Below, one piece after another: positions 48,849 through 57,761 of a DNA stretch of 64,000 nucleotides. The notes under the pieces were generated by a model that was not told the origin of the DNA, ran no database searches, and saw nothing but the letters and a program-made list of their open reading frames with translations. Location of the stretch: positions 1,661 to 65,660 of the forward strand of contig CAZQXO010000007.1 of NCBI GenBank assembly GCA_964597445.1, given 5' to 3'. Source of the stretch: an uncultured Bifidobacteriaceae bacterium (GTDB lineage: Bacteria; Actinomycetota; Actinomycetes; S36-B12). The position numbers were made by a program, and so were the translations under genes. Every line of letters starts with the position of its first letter. The stretch's first letter is position 1.

Positions 48849-49775
48849 ATGGCTCCGTCCGCGCGTCCAGCGCCGACTCTCGCACGGCCCCCGGCCGGCG
48901 ATGTCCTGCTGCTCGGGGTCGCGGTCCTCTTCATCTCGTCCAGCGGTCCGATCATCGCCGTGATCGCGGCCCCGGCCCTGGCGATCGCCTTCTGGCGATG
49001 CCTGCTGGGTTCCGTCCTGACCGCTCCCTGGGTGCTGTGGCGAAGGCGCGCGGAGGTCGCGTCCCTGACGCGGCGGGACATCCGACTGATCGTGTGGGCG
49101 GGGCTGCTCCTCGGAGCCCACTTCGCCACGTGGATTCCGTCCCTGCGCTTTACCACTGTGGCATCGTCGACGGCTCTCGTCGCGACGCAGCCGGTGTGGG
49201 CGGCACTGATCGCGAGGTGGCGCGGTGCCCACATCCCTGCGCGGGCTTGGGTCGGCATCGGCATCGCGCTGGTGGGGGTCGTCATCCTGACCGGGATCGA
49301 CGTCTCGGCGAATCCCCGTCACCTCATCGGCGATGTGCTCGCGCTGATCGGTGCCGTGCTCGCCGCCGCCTACGTCACCGTGGCGGAGAGCGCGCGCCAG
49401 TCGGTGTCGACACCGACGGTGACGACCGGGCTCTACGCGAGCGCTGCGGTGCTCCTGCTCGTCCTCGCCCTTCTCGGAGGGCAGGCGCTCGTGGGGTTCT
49501 CGCTCACCGACTGGCTGCTGATCGGCGCCCTGACCCTCGGCGCGCAGCTGCTGGGCCACACACTGATCACCAAGGTGCTGGCCACGACGTCCGCGACTGT
49601 GGTCTCCCTCGCCATCCTGCTCGAGATGCCGGGAGCCACGATCATCGCCGCGATCGCCCTCGGTCAGCTGCCCCCGTGGGGCGTGCTTCCCGCAGCCGCA
49701 CTCATGTTCGTCGGCATCGTCATGGTCATCCGCTCGGGATCACGGACGACCCCGTCGGAGACGTCACCGGTGTGA
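48849..49775 (+). CDS. EamA/DMT family transporter
   Basis: C-terminal 308 aa of ORF 47904..49775, from ATG 48849. Ten hydrophobic helices. The upstream part of the track ORF is antisense to the MgtE-N gene. Confidence 0.8.
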   Translation: MAPSARPAPTLARPPAGDVLLLGVAVLFISSSGPIIAVIAAPALAIAFWRCLLGSVLTAPWVLWRRRAEVASLTRRDIRLIVWAGLLLGAHFATWIPSLRFTTVASSTALVATQPVWAALIARWRGAHIPARAWVGIGIALVGVVILTGIDVSANPRHLIGDVLALIGAVLAAAYVTVAESARQSVSTPTVTTGLYASAAVLLLVLALLGGQALVGFSLTDWLLIGALTLGAQLLGHTLITKVLATTSATVVSLAILLEMPGATIIAAIALGQLPPWGVLPAAALMFVGIVMVIRSGSRTTPSETSPV

Positions 49776-50474
49776 TCAGCGCGAGCGCCCCTGGCCGAAG
49801 CTCTCGTAGGCCTTGACGGCCGCCGCGTGCCACGTGCTGTTCACGGAACTGATCCGGCTCGCCGTCTGCTGAGCCTGCTTCTCGGAGGGGGCTCCCTCCA
49901 CGGCGCGGAAGACCTCGGTCTGGACGATCGCGAGACCCCGCTGCGTGGTTCGCACATCCTCGAATACCTGAGCTCCGCCGTCGGTGTAACTGACGCCGGC
50001 GGCGTAGCCGGTCCGCGAGTCGTCGGTGAAGTCCGATCCCGACTGCGCGGGCACGAGCGTGCCGCCCTCGTCGGCGATCTTCGGATTGTCGCTGCACCCG
50101 GCCTTCTGCAGGGCGGCCAGGGCTGCCTGCGCCTTGGCGGCATCGGCGTACTGGAAGACGGTGACGGAACCACTGGTGTTGGGGTCGATCTGGTATCCGA
50201 CAGCTCCCACGACCTTGGCTGCGGGCAGGGTCACGGCACCCTTCGCATTCCAGCACAGGGTGGGCACCGTGAAGGACCTGCTCGACTCGGAGTAGTAGTA
50301 GTTCTGGGTCCACGAGCCGAGGCTCTTCGGCATCTGGGCGCGCAGAACGGTCTGCTGAAGCTCGGCGGGCTTCATGTAGACGTAGTCGTCGGCCTGGGCG
50401 GCGCTCGTCACGCCGAGGGTGAGAGCTGCTGCGAGCGTCGCGGTGGCGGCGAGGGTGCTGGTGAGCTTCATCAT
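49776..50474 (-). CDS. Secreted hypothetical protein
   Basis: Internal ATG 50474 of ORF 49776..50594. Signal peptide MMKLTSTLAATATLAAALTLGVTSAAQA. Two Cys. No family recognised. Confidence 0.6.
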   Translation of the reverse strand: MMKLTSTLAATATLAAALTLGVTSAAQADDYVYMKPAELQQTVLRAQMPKSLGSWTQNYYYSESSRSFTVPTLCWNAKGAVTLPAAKVVGAVGYQIDPNTSGSVTVFQYADAAKAQAALAALQKAGCSDNPKIADEGGTLVPAQSGSDFTDDSRTGYAAGVSYTDGGAQVFEDVRTTQRGLAIVQTEVFRAVEGAPSEKQAQQTASRISSVNSTWHAAAVKAYESFGQGRSR

Positions 50475-51108
50475 GGCCCCATCCTGCCTCAGGCTGACCG
50501 TGCATGGGACCATCCACGGCGTGACACACACGGAGCCCCCCGAGGGCACGCAGGCCCTGCTCTTCGACTGCGACGGAACCCTGGTCGACACCATGGGCGT
50601 CTACCGCATCGGCTGGCGCCAGGTCTTCGGCCGGCACGGCTTCGAGATGACGGACGAGTGGTTCGCCACGTGGGGTGGGCACAGCACCCAGTCCTTCGTG
50701 GAGGCGGCCTTCCCGGACGCTGAGCCGGAGTTCATCGCGCAGGTGAGCCGCGAGGGCCACGAGACATTCCTCGCGTCCGTCCACCTGGTCGAGCCCTTCG
50801 ACCACGTGCTCGAGGTCGCGCGGGCCCATCACGGACGACTGCCGCTCGCGGTCGTCTCGGGAGGTCCCCGGGTCGCGGTGCTCGCCTCTCTTCGGGCGGT
50901 CGGGATCGAAGAGATGTTCGACCTGGTCGTCACGGCCGATGACGTCCCGTCGGGCAAGCCGGCCCCTGACGCCTACCTGCGGGCCATCGCCGACCTGGGG
51001 GTCGACGCGTCGCGGTGCGTCGCCTACGAGGACAGCGCCAGCGGGATGGCGTCGGCTCGCAGCGCCGGAATTCCGCTGGTCGTGGATGTGCGCCTGCCCG
51101 AAGACTGA
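50473..51108 (+). CDS. HAD-superfamily hydrolase (beta-phosphoglucomutase-like subfamily IA)
   Basis: ORF 50419..51108. Motif I LLFDCDGTLVDT, VVSGG, SGKPAPDAY, YEDSASG. The start is uncertain (ATG 50473, GTG 50500 or GTG 50521). Confidence 0.8.
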   Translation: MAPSCLRLTVHGTIHGVTHTEPPEGTQALLFDCDGTLVDTMGVYRIGWRQVFGRHGFEMTDEWFATWGGHSTQSFVEAAFPDAEPEFIAQVSREGHETFLASVHLVEPFDHVLEVARAHHGRLPLAVVSGGPRVAVLASLRAVGIEEMFDLVVTADDVPSGKPAPDAYLRAIADLGVDASRCVAYEDSASGMASARSAGIPLVVDVRLPED

Positions 51109-51114
51109 TACTTT

Positions 51115-51139
51115 CTGAGGGCTCTCACAAGTTTCTCAG
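51115..51139. promoter_or_regulatory. Leader motif A: CTGAGGGCTCTCACAAGTTTCTCAG (related to motif B at 55023)
   Basis: Read directly in an AT-richer stretch 27 bp upstream of GTG 51166. The terminal CTGAG and CTCAG are inverted repeats. Confidence 0.35.
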
Positions 51140-51165
51140 CGATGGTGCCGGTCTCAGGAGGACTC

Positions 51166-51636
51166 GTGATCGACTACACGACCCAGATGTTCCACGTCGG
51201 CCACCTGGTGCCGAACCTCCAGCAGGCCATGGACCAGCTCGGTGCGGACTTCGGGTTCGAGTGGACCGAGGTCGTGGTCCGTGAGGACCAGCCGCTCTGG
51301 ACGCCCGAGGAGGGCCAGCGCTCGGTGCCGCTGACGTTCTGCTACTCGATGGCCGGCCCGCAGCGGGTCGAGCTCATCGAGGGGCCACAGGGCACGCCCT
51401 GGTGGCACGGTGATCCGGAGAACCTCCATCACGCGGGCGTCTGGGCCGATGTCCCCGCCCTCACGAACGAGCTTCTGTCCCGCGGCTGGACCCTCGTCAT
51501 GGCCCAGAAGTCGCCGGAGGAGGGGTACGGCTCCTTCAGCTACGTGCGCTCACCCACGGGCTTCCTCCTGGAGCCGGTGGCCCTCGCCAACAAGCCGCGC
51601 ATGGAGCGCTGGTTCGAGACCGGGATCCTCGGCTAG
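51166..51636 (+). CDS. VOC family protein (single-module glyoxalase/epimerase-like)
   Basis: ORF 51142..51636. GTG 51166 follows AGGAGG. MFHVGHLVPNLQQAMDQL...RVELIEG...NLHHAGVWA...GFLLEPV. Confidence 0.75.
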   Translation: MIDYTTQMFHVGHLVPNLQQAMDQLGADFGFEWTEVVVREDQPLWTPEEGQRSVPLTFCYSMAGPQRVELIEGPQGTPWWHGDPENLHHAGVWADVPALTNELLSRGWTLVMAQKSPEEGYGSFSYVRSPTGFLLEPVALANKPRMERWFETGILG

Positions 51637-51727
51637 CCCCGGCGTCCGTCGTCGGGGTCACGCCCGGGGGTGAGGATCCGCCAGGTTCCCGTGGTGCTGG
51701 AGCAGATGCTGTCCTAGTCTTCGGCCC

Positions 51728-53488
51728 ATGACGGAGACAGCCAAGACAGGTCAGGTCAGCGACGACTGGTGCATCGACAGCGCCAAGCTCAACGAGCGCT
51801 TCCCGGTGTACACCCGGTTCAACGCCAACGACGTGCTTCCGGACCCGATCACCCCTCTGGGTGCCGATCTGATCTGGAACCCGCACATCCTCCCGGGGTT
51901 CTCGAATGCCTATGCCGACATGGGCGCGATCTCCGTCGCCGAGGCGAATGTCGACCTCGACGCCTTCCCGGCGGCAGCCTTCCGCTACGGGCACATGTAC
52001 GTGAATGTCACGACGGCACGGCTGACCGGCATCCGCAGCGGCCTCGGCTGGCAGGCCATCGATGCGCAGTTCTTCGGCAGCCATCCTGACGCGCCCCCGC
52101 ACGAGGATCATCCGGACGACGGCGACCCCGTGGTCTCCCAGCGCCTCGCCGACCGCACCACGTGGACCCTCACGACCTCGTCCTTCCCCGACCTCGAGGA
52201 GGACACCCGGATCGCGGATCGACTGCGTGCGCAGCGCCCGGACTTCGACGAGATGAGCAACGCGGCTCTCGTCGCGTACGCCCGCAGCCTCGCGCCCTAC
52301 GAGCGCATGACGTGGCGCGGTGAGCTCGTCGGCGGCGCCCAGGCAGCCATCGGCCCAGCCGTGCTCGGCTCCCTCATCCCGGCGGAGATGGGCCTGTCCC
52401 CCTTCGACCTGGTGGGCCCGGCGGGCGACGTCGTCTCCGCGCAGCCGTCCTACGCGCTGTGGGACCTCTCCAGGATCGTTCGCGCCGACGCTGCGCTCAT
52501 GGAGCTCTTCGATGCGGGCGTCGACGGCATGGTGCCGTGGCTCAAGGAGCACCACCCCGAGTTCCACCAGCGCTTCATGGCCTTCCTGCGCGAGTACGGC
52601 TACCGCGGACCGTCCGAGTGGGATCTCGGTGCGGACTCCTGGGAGACCAAGCCGGAACTCCCGCTCGCCCTCATCGACCGCATGCGATTCCTCGACGACG
52701 AGCAGTCGCCGGTCGCGCGCCGCACGCAGGGAATGCAGGCCGCCGAGGAAGCTGTGGCACGCGTGGCCGAGGCCCTCGCGGGGAGCGAGGAGGCGCTGGC
52801 CACGATGCGCATGGCGCTCGACTCGGCTCGCCGGTTCGCCGGCTACCGCGAGCTCGGCAAGAGCAACTGCATCAAGGTCATCAACGAGGCTCGTGTGGCG
52901 CTGCTGGAGATGGGTCGGCGCCTGACGAATGAGGGCTACCTCGATCGGCCGCAGCAGATCTTCATGGCCCTCGACGTCGAGTTGGACCGACTGGTGCTGC
53001 AGCCCGACCTCGTCGTCGATGCAATCAAGCAGCGCGAGCAGGACTGGAAGGCCTACTTCGATCTCGAGGTTCCGCTGTTCCTCGATGCCCGTGCGCCGCG
53101 CGTGCCGGTTACGCAGGTGCCTCGCAAGTCGGGCGACACATTCCCGGCCGCCTCGGTCGGCGACACCCTCACAGCCATAGGCGCGGCCGCGGGTCGCGCT
53201 TCAGGCCGCGCTCGCGTGATCCTCGATCCGGGTGCCATTGCGGATTTCGAGCCGGGTGACGTGCTCATCGCTCCGCAGACGGATCCGTCGTGGACCCCGC
53301 TGTTCGTCGTGTCCAGCGCCGTCGTCGTGGGCGTGGGTGCACCGAACAGTCACGCGATGATCGTCAGCCGTGAGCTCGGCATCCCCTGTGTCGCTGGTCT
53401 GGAGGGAGCCACGCAGCGCATCCCGGACGGTGCCATGGTGACGGTCGACGGCTCCACGGGCACGGTCACGATCGACAGCATCGGCTAG
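51728..53488 (+). CDS. PEP-utilising-enzyme mobile (swivel phosphohistidine) domain protein; rifampicin-phosphotransferase/PpsA-like but with no ATP-grasp domain
   Basis: 586 aa. The C-terminal swivel domain is GRASGRARVILDP...FEPGDVLIAPQTDPSWTPLF...GAPNSHAMIVSRELGIPCVAG. The long helical N-terminal region carries FLREYGYRGPSEWDL. Confidence 0.8.
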   Translation: MTETAKTGQVSDDWCIDSAKLNERFPVYTRFNANDVLPDPITPLGADLIWNPHILPGFSNAYADMGAISVAEANVDLDAFPAAAFRYGHMYVNVTTARLTGIRSGLGWQAIDAQFFGSHPDAPPHEDHPDDGDPVVSQRLADRTTWTLTTSSFPDLEEDTRIADRLRAQRPDFDEMSNAALVAYARSLAPYERMTWRGELVGGAQAAIGPAVLGSLIPAEMGLSPFDLVGPAGDVVSAQPSYALWDLSRIVRADAALMELFDAGVDGMVPWLKEHHPEFHQRFMAFLREYGYRGPSEWDLGADSWETKPELPLALIDRMRFLDDEQSPVARRTQGMQAAEEAVARVAEALAGSEEALATMRMALDSARRFAGYRELGKSNCIKVINEARVALLEMGRRLTNEGYLDRPQQIFMALDVELDRLVLQPDLVVDAIKQREQDWKAYFDLEVPLFLDARAPRVPVTQVPRKSGDTFPAASVGDTLTAIGAAAGRASGRARVILDPGAIADFEPGDVLIAPQTDPSWTPLFVVSSAVVVGVGAPNSHAMIVSRELGIPCVAGLEGATQRIPDGAMVTVDGSTGTVTIDSIG

Positions 53489-53494
53489 CGGGCG

Positions 53495-54043
53495 GTGCGC
53501 GAGCCGCTCATCCGCTACCCGATCGTCCAGTACGCGTACGTCGTCGATGATCTCGATGAGGGTGTGCGTCACTGGGTTGAGGTGATGGGTGCTGGTCCCT
53601 TCTTCGTGAGTCGCAGCCATCGCGGCCGGGATCACACCTACCGCGGTGTGCCGGACGAGGCGGTCTTCTCCTACGCCTTCGGGCAGGCCGGCCCTGCTCA
53701 AGTGCAGCTCATCCAGTGCATGGATGACTCCCCGTCCATCTATCGCGACATGTTCGCGCCAGGGGAGAGCGGCTTCCACCACGTCGCGTGCCTCGTGCCG
53801 GCCGCGGACATGGAGCGCGAGGTCGCCCGATTCGTGGACGAGGGCTTCGAGATCGCGTCGACCCTCCATTCGTACGTGCCCGTCGCCTACCTTGACTGCC
53901 GCAGCGCACTCGGGTTCTTCGTCGAACTGCACGGCCTCAATGAGGACGTGGCGGATCTCTTCCGTGAGATCCGTGAGGCACACGAGTCGTGGGACGGTGT
54001 CACGGATCCCATGCGCGTGCGTAGCAAGTCGAGTTCGCTGTGA
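53495..54043 (+). CDS. VOC family protein, paralogue 1 of a tandem pair
   Basis: 182 aa. IVQYAYVVDDLDEGVRHW...GAGPFFV...YAFGQAGPAQVQLIQ...SIYRDMFAPGESGFHHVACLVP...FFVELHGL...SWDGVTDP. Confidence 0.8.
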   Translation: MREPLIRYPIVQYAYVVDDLDEGVRHWVEVMGAGPFFVSRSHRGRDHTYRGVPDEAVFSYAFGQAGPAQVQLIQCMDDSPSIYRDMFAPGESGFHHVACLVPAADMEREVARFVDEGFEIASTLHSYVPVAYLDCRSALGFFVELHGLNEDVADLFREIREAHESWDGVTDPMRVRSKSSSL

Positions 54044-54573
54044 TCACATCGCCGCTGCTGCGCCACCGCATCGTCCAGCACGCCTTCGTCGTCCCTGATC
54101 TCGATCAGGGAATCGAGAAGTGGCGCTCCACTCTGGGAGCGGGTCCGTTCGTCGTCATGCGCGACTTCGTCGGGAACCAGCTGATGTACCGGGGCGAGCC
54201 CAGTACGACTCCGGTCGACTACGCCTTCGGACAGTCGGGTGACATCCAGATCCAGCTGATCGCCCAGCAGGGGGAGGGCTCGTCGATCTACCGCGACATG
54301 TTCGCGCCGGGCGAGGGTGGCTTCCACCACGTCTGTGCGCTCGTGCCGATGGACGATTGGGAGGCTCAGCTCGCCGCGTTCACCGATGCGGGCTACGACA
54401 TGGCCGCCTCGCTCATGACGTCGGCGCCCGCGGTCTACTTCGACTGCCGGCGCGACGTCGGCTGCTTCGTCGAGCTCTATGGCCTCACCGAACGCTCGGG
54501 AGGGTTCTTCACGCACCTGCGCGACCTGCACGACTCCTGGGACGGCGTCACCGATCCCATCCGATCCCGCTGA
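54040..54573 (+). CDS. VOC family protein, paralogue 2 of a tandem pair
   Basis: 177 aa with a GTGA-type overlap with paralogue 1. IVQHAFVVPDLDQGIEKW...GAGPFVV...YAFGQSGDIQIQLIA...SIYRDMFAPGEGGFHHVCALVP...CFVELYGL...SWDGVTDP. Confidence 0.8.
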   Translation: MITSPLLRHRIVQHAFVVPDLDQGIEKWRSTLGAGPFVVMRDFVGNQLMYRGEPSTTPVDYAFGQSGDIQIQLIAQQGEGSSIYRDMFAPGEGGFHHVCALVPMDDWEAQLAAFTDAGYDMAASLMTSAPAVYFDCRRDVGCFVELYGLTERSGGFFTHLRDLHDSWDGVTDPIRSR

Positions 54574-54586
54574 CGACTGGAGCGCC

Positions 54587-55006
54587 ATGTCCGACCTTCC
54601 CTTCGAGCTCGTTCCCCTGGCCACGGTGCGGGTGACCCGTGGAGAGATCCATCGCATGGGCCAGACGGCCTTCCACACGCGGGTCATCGGTGCCATCTCG
54701 CACGGGAGATGGGACGGCGAACGGCTCAGCGGCGAGATCGTGCCCCCGGGCGGCGACTGGGCCCTCCCGTCGGGCGACGGGACGGTCATGCTCCTAGAGG
54801 TCCGTCAGGTCCTCCGCACGGACGATGGTGCTCTGGTCTATGTGACGTACCACGGCCGTGCCGACCGCCATCGCGGCACCTACACCGTGGCGCCGACCTT
54901 CGAGACTGATGATGAGCGCTACCTGTGGCTCAACGCCGTGCAGGCGATCGGGCAGGGGCGCTCGGACGGCGACGACATCGTCTACGAGATGTTCGAGGTC
55001 CGCTGA
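54587..55006 (+). CDS. DUF3237 (UPF0311) beta-barrel protein
   Basis: C-terminal 139 aa of ORF 54479..55006. PPGGDWAL, LRTDDGALVYVTYHG, APTFETDDERYLWLN, YEMFEV. Confidence 0.7.
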   Translation: MSDLPFELVPLATVRVTRGEIHRMGQTAFHTRVIGAISHGRWDGERLSGEIVPPGGDWALPSGDGTVMLLEVRQVLRTDDGALVYVTYHGRADRHRGTYTVAPTFETDDERYLWLNAVQAIGQGRSDGDDIVYEMFEVR

Positions 55007-55022
55007 CCCGAGGGGATTGTTA

Positions 55023-55049
55023 CTGAAGGCTTCCTCAAGTTAGTCTCAG
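55023..55049. promoter_or_regulatory. Leader motif B: CTGAAGGCTTCCTCAAGTTAGTCTCAG (related to motif A at 51115)
   Basis: Read directly in an AT-richer stretch 45 bp upstream of ATG 55094. About 20 of 25 aligned positions are shared with motif A, allowing a 2-nt indel. Confidence 0.35.
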
Positions 55050-55093
55050 GTGTCCGTGCGTCCTGCCGGACGCGCGTCCTCGAGGGAGTGTCC

Positions 55094-55858
55094 ATGGTGC
55101 CGTCCGCCATCGTGACCGGAGCAGGTGCCGGCATCGGCGAGGCCACGGCCCGTCTGCTCCATGCTCGGGGGTATCGAGTCATGGCGGCCGACGTCTCATC
55201 CGAGGCCCTTGCCTGGACGTCGGGGATCGACGGCATCGTGGCGCAGGTGGCCGACGTGAGCATCGAGGCTGACAACGCCGCGATGGTCGAGGCCGCCCTC
55301 GCGGCGTTCGGCCGGCTCGACGTGCTCGTCCTCAATGCCGGCATCGCACGACGCACCCACTGGACGGCGGACGATGCCGTCGAGGCATTCGACCGCATCA
55401 TGGCCGTCAACGCACGCGGCGTGGTGCTGGGGATCCGACACGGCGCTCCCGCCATCGCGGACTCCGGGGGAGGGGCCATCGTCGTCGTCGGCTCGACATC
55501 AGGAGTGCGCGCGGATCCCGAGCGCTTCGCCTACGACGCCTCGAAGGCGGCAGCGATCAACACTGCTCGTGCGGCAGCCCTGGACTGGGGCGTCAAGGGC
55601 GTTCGCGTGAACGTGATGGCCCCCGGCCCCACCATGACGGCCATCCTGCAGGGGGGCCGGGTGAGCGACGAGCACCTCGCGGAGCTGACCCGCAACATCC
55701 CGCTGCAGCGCATGGGCACCCCTGAGGAGCAGGCTGAGGCCATCTGCTTCCTTGCCTCGCCCGCGGCGAGCTTCATCACCGGTGCCGTCCTGATGTGCGA
55801 TGGCGGTGTCACCGCGCAGGCGGGCATCTTCCCGCCCCCGCAGAAGGAGAGCGCATGA
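55094..55858 (+). CDS. SDR family oxidoreductase
   Basis: TGAGAGIG, NAG and YDASK motifs. The track start GTG 55088 is an alternative. Confidence 0.9.
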   Translation: MVPSAIVTGAGAGIGEATARLLHARGYRVMAADVSSEALAWTSGIDGIVAQVADVSIEADNAAMVEAALAAFGRLDVLVLNAGIARRTHWTADDAVEAFDRIMAVNARGVVLGIRHGAPAIADSGGGAIVVVGSTSGVRADPERFAYDASKAAAINTARAAALDWGVKGVRVNVMAPGPTMTAILQGGRVSDEHLAELTRNIPLQRMGTPEEQAEAICFLASPAASFITGAVLMCDGGVTAQAGIFPPPQKESA

Positions 55859-57276
55859 GGGAGTACGACGTCGATGTCGTGGTCGTGGGGTCGGGTGCCG
55901 CTGGCCTGTCGGCGGCCCTGGCTGCGTCGGAAGCGGGCGCGACGGTGCTCGTTGCCGAGTCGGAGGGAATCATCGGCGGCTCGTCCCGCCTGTCGGGGGG
56001 CCTGATGATGGGCGCCGGCACGCGGTACCAGCGCGCCCTGGGAATCGAGGACTCCCCGGAGGCCCTGTTCCACGACTACATGACCCTGAACCAGTGGAAG
56101 GTGGAGAGCGCTGTCGTCGAGCGGCTGACGCAGCGTGCCGGCCAGGCAGTGGAATGGCTGGGCGATCACGGTGTCGAGTTCTACGACCAGATGGTCTACG
56201 GCGGGGATGAGACGGTGCCCCGAGTCCACTGCCCGATCGGGCGCGGCCAGGCGGTCGTCGACACCCTGTATGCCCGGTGCCGTGAGGCCGGCGTCGAGTT
56301 CGCCCTGGGCCAGCGGATCGACCGCCTCGTGGTGCAGAACGGAGTCGTGCGCGGTGTTGCCGTCGGCGGTGATGAGATCACCGCGGGCGCTGTCATCGTC
56401 GCGAGCGGGGGATTCGGCGCCAACGAGGAGAAGCGCCGCGAGTTCTTCCCCTCCGTCTTCGACACGGGCTGGTCCTACTACATCGGTGCGGACGGTGCCC
56501 GCGGTGACGCCCTCGACTTCACCCGTGAGGTCGATGCGCAGGTCACCGGATTCGACCGTGGCCTTCGCCTCCTGCACACGGACTTCGACAGGATGTACGA
56601 GGCGTACATCCCCGGCTGGCTCATCCTCGTCAATCGCGACGGACGCCGATTCTGCAACGAGACCGCCCCCTACGGGATCATGGACGGCCTCCTGGCGGAG
56701 CAGGGCGATGTCGCCTTCGCCGTCTTCGACCACCGCCGGCTCGTCGAGGCGACCGAGTTGGGTGTCGCGCGCTACAAGCAGGCGATTCCCGGATCCACCA
56801 AGAGGCAGAGCCCGCACTGGAACCTCGACGTCATCGAGTTGATGCAGAAGGAGGGCAAGGTCCACGTGGCGGACTCCGTCGACGCCCTGGCGGAGCGGAT
56901 CGGCGTACCGGCCGCCCACCTGCGGGCGACGGTCGAGCGCGTGAACGAGCTCCATGCCCGCCAGCAGGACGCCGACTACCTCAAGGATCCCTCGTTCCTC
57001 GAGCCCATCGCGGAGGGTCCCTTCTACGCGGTCGAGGTTCGCCCGGCCACCTGCTGCTTCACGGCATGCGGACTGCGCATCGACCGCGACGCGCAGGTGC
57101 TCGAGTCCAGCGGTCGACCCATCCCGGGGCTCTTCGCGGCAGGCGAGGTGACCGGCGGTGTGATCGGACCGCGTTACGTCGGAAGCGGCAACTCGTACGG
57201 CAACTGCGTGACGATGGGACGCGTCGCCGGTCAGTCGGCGGCTGCCCTTGTCGTCCGCGGGAAGGTTGACGCATGA
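55855..57276 (+). CDS. FAD-dependent oxidoreductase (FAD_binding_2; KstD / soluble fumarate-reductase-like flavoprotein)
   Basis: Internal ATG 55855 of ORF 55795..57276, overlapping the SDR stop (ATGA). DVDVVVVGSGAAGLSAALAASEAGATVLVAE, ASGGFGAN, GLFAAGEVTGG. Confidence 0.85.
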   Translation: MREYDVDVVVVGSGAAGLSAALAASEAGATVLVAESEGIIGGSSRLSGGLMMGAGTRYQRALGIEDSPEALFHDYMTLNQWKVESAVVERLTQRAGQAVEWLGDHGVEFYDQMVYGGDETVPRVHCPIGRGQAVVDTLYARCREAGVEFALGQRIDRLVVQNGVVRGVAVGGDEITAGAVIVASGGFGANEEKRREFFPSVFDTGWSYYIGADGARGDALDFTREVDAQVTGFDRGLRLLHTDFDRMYEAYIPGWLILVNRDGRRFCNETAPYGIMDGLLAEQGDVAFAVFDHRRLVEATELGVARYKQAIPGSTKRQSPHWNLDVIELMQKEGKVHVADSVDALAERIGVPAAHLRATVERVNELHARQQDADYLKDPSFLEPIAEGPFYAVEVRPATCCFTACGLRIDRDAQVLESSGRPIPGLFAAGEVTGGVIGPRYVGSGNSYGNCVTMGRVAGQSAAALVVRGKVDA

Positions 57277-57761
57277 GCATGCGGGTCGATGATCGCGAGG
57301 CCATCCGCGAGGCGACGCTGAGATATGCGCGTGGCGTGGACCGGCTCGACACGGAGCTGATGAAGAGCGCCTACTGGCCGGATGCCACCGATGATCACGG
57401 CCGATTCGTAGGAAACGGCTGGGAGTTCGCCGAGCGCGTCGTGGGCACCCATGACCGCTGGGCGGCGTCGATGCACTGCGTCTACAACCACAGCATCGAG
57501 TTCGACGACGATGACCATGCGCGAGGCGAGCTGTACAACGTCACGTACCTCATCCCGCGGGACGGGGGACCCTGGTCGGTCTGGCTGGGGCGCTACCTCG
57601 ACCGCTACGAGCGACGCGAGGGTCAGTGGCGCATCGTCCACCGCATCTGCGTGCACGAGGCGACCACGACCGTCGAGCACGCGCCGATGGCGGGCGACAT
57701 GTCGAACTTCCGCACGGGAGACGCAGACCGGCCCCGAGGGGATCGTCCGCTAGGCACCTGA
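57273..57761 (+). CDS. SnoaL-like / NTF2-fold protein (SnoaL_4-type)
   Basis: 162 aa with ATGA overlap with the flavoprotein gene. DREAIREATLRYARGVDRLDTELMKSAYWPDATDDHG...YLDRYERREGQWRIVHR. Confidence 0.8.
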   Translation: MSMRVDDREAIREATLRYARGVDRLDTELMKSAYWPDATDDHGRFVGNGWEFAERVVGTHDRWAASMHCVYNHSIEFDDDDHARGELYNVTYLIPRDGGPWSVWLGRYLDRYERREGQWRIVHRICVHEATTTVEHAPMAGDMSNFRTGDADRPRGDRPLGT

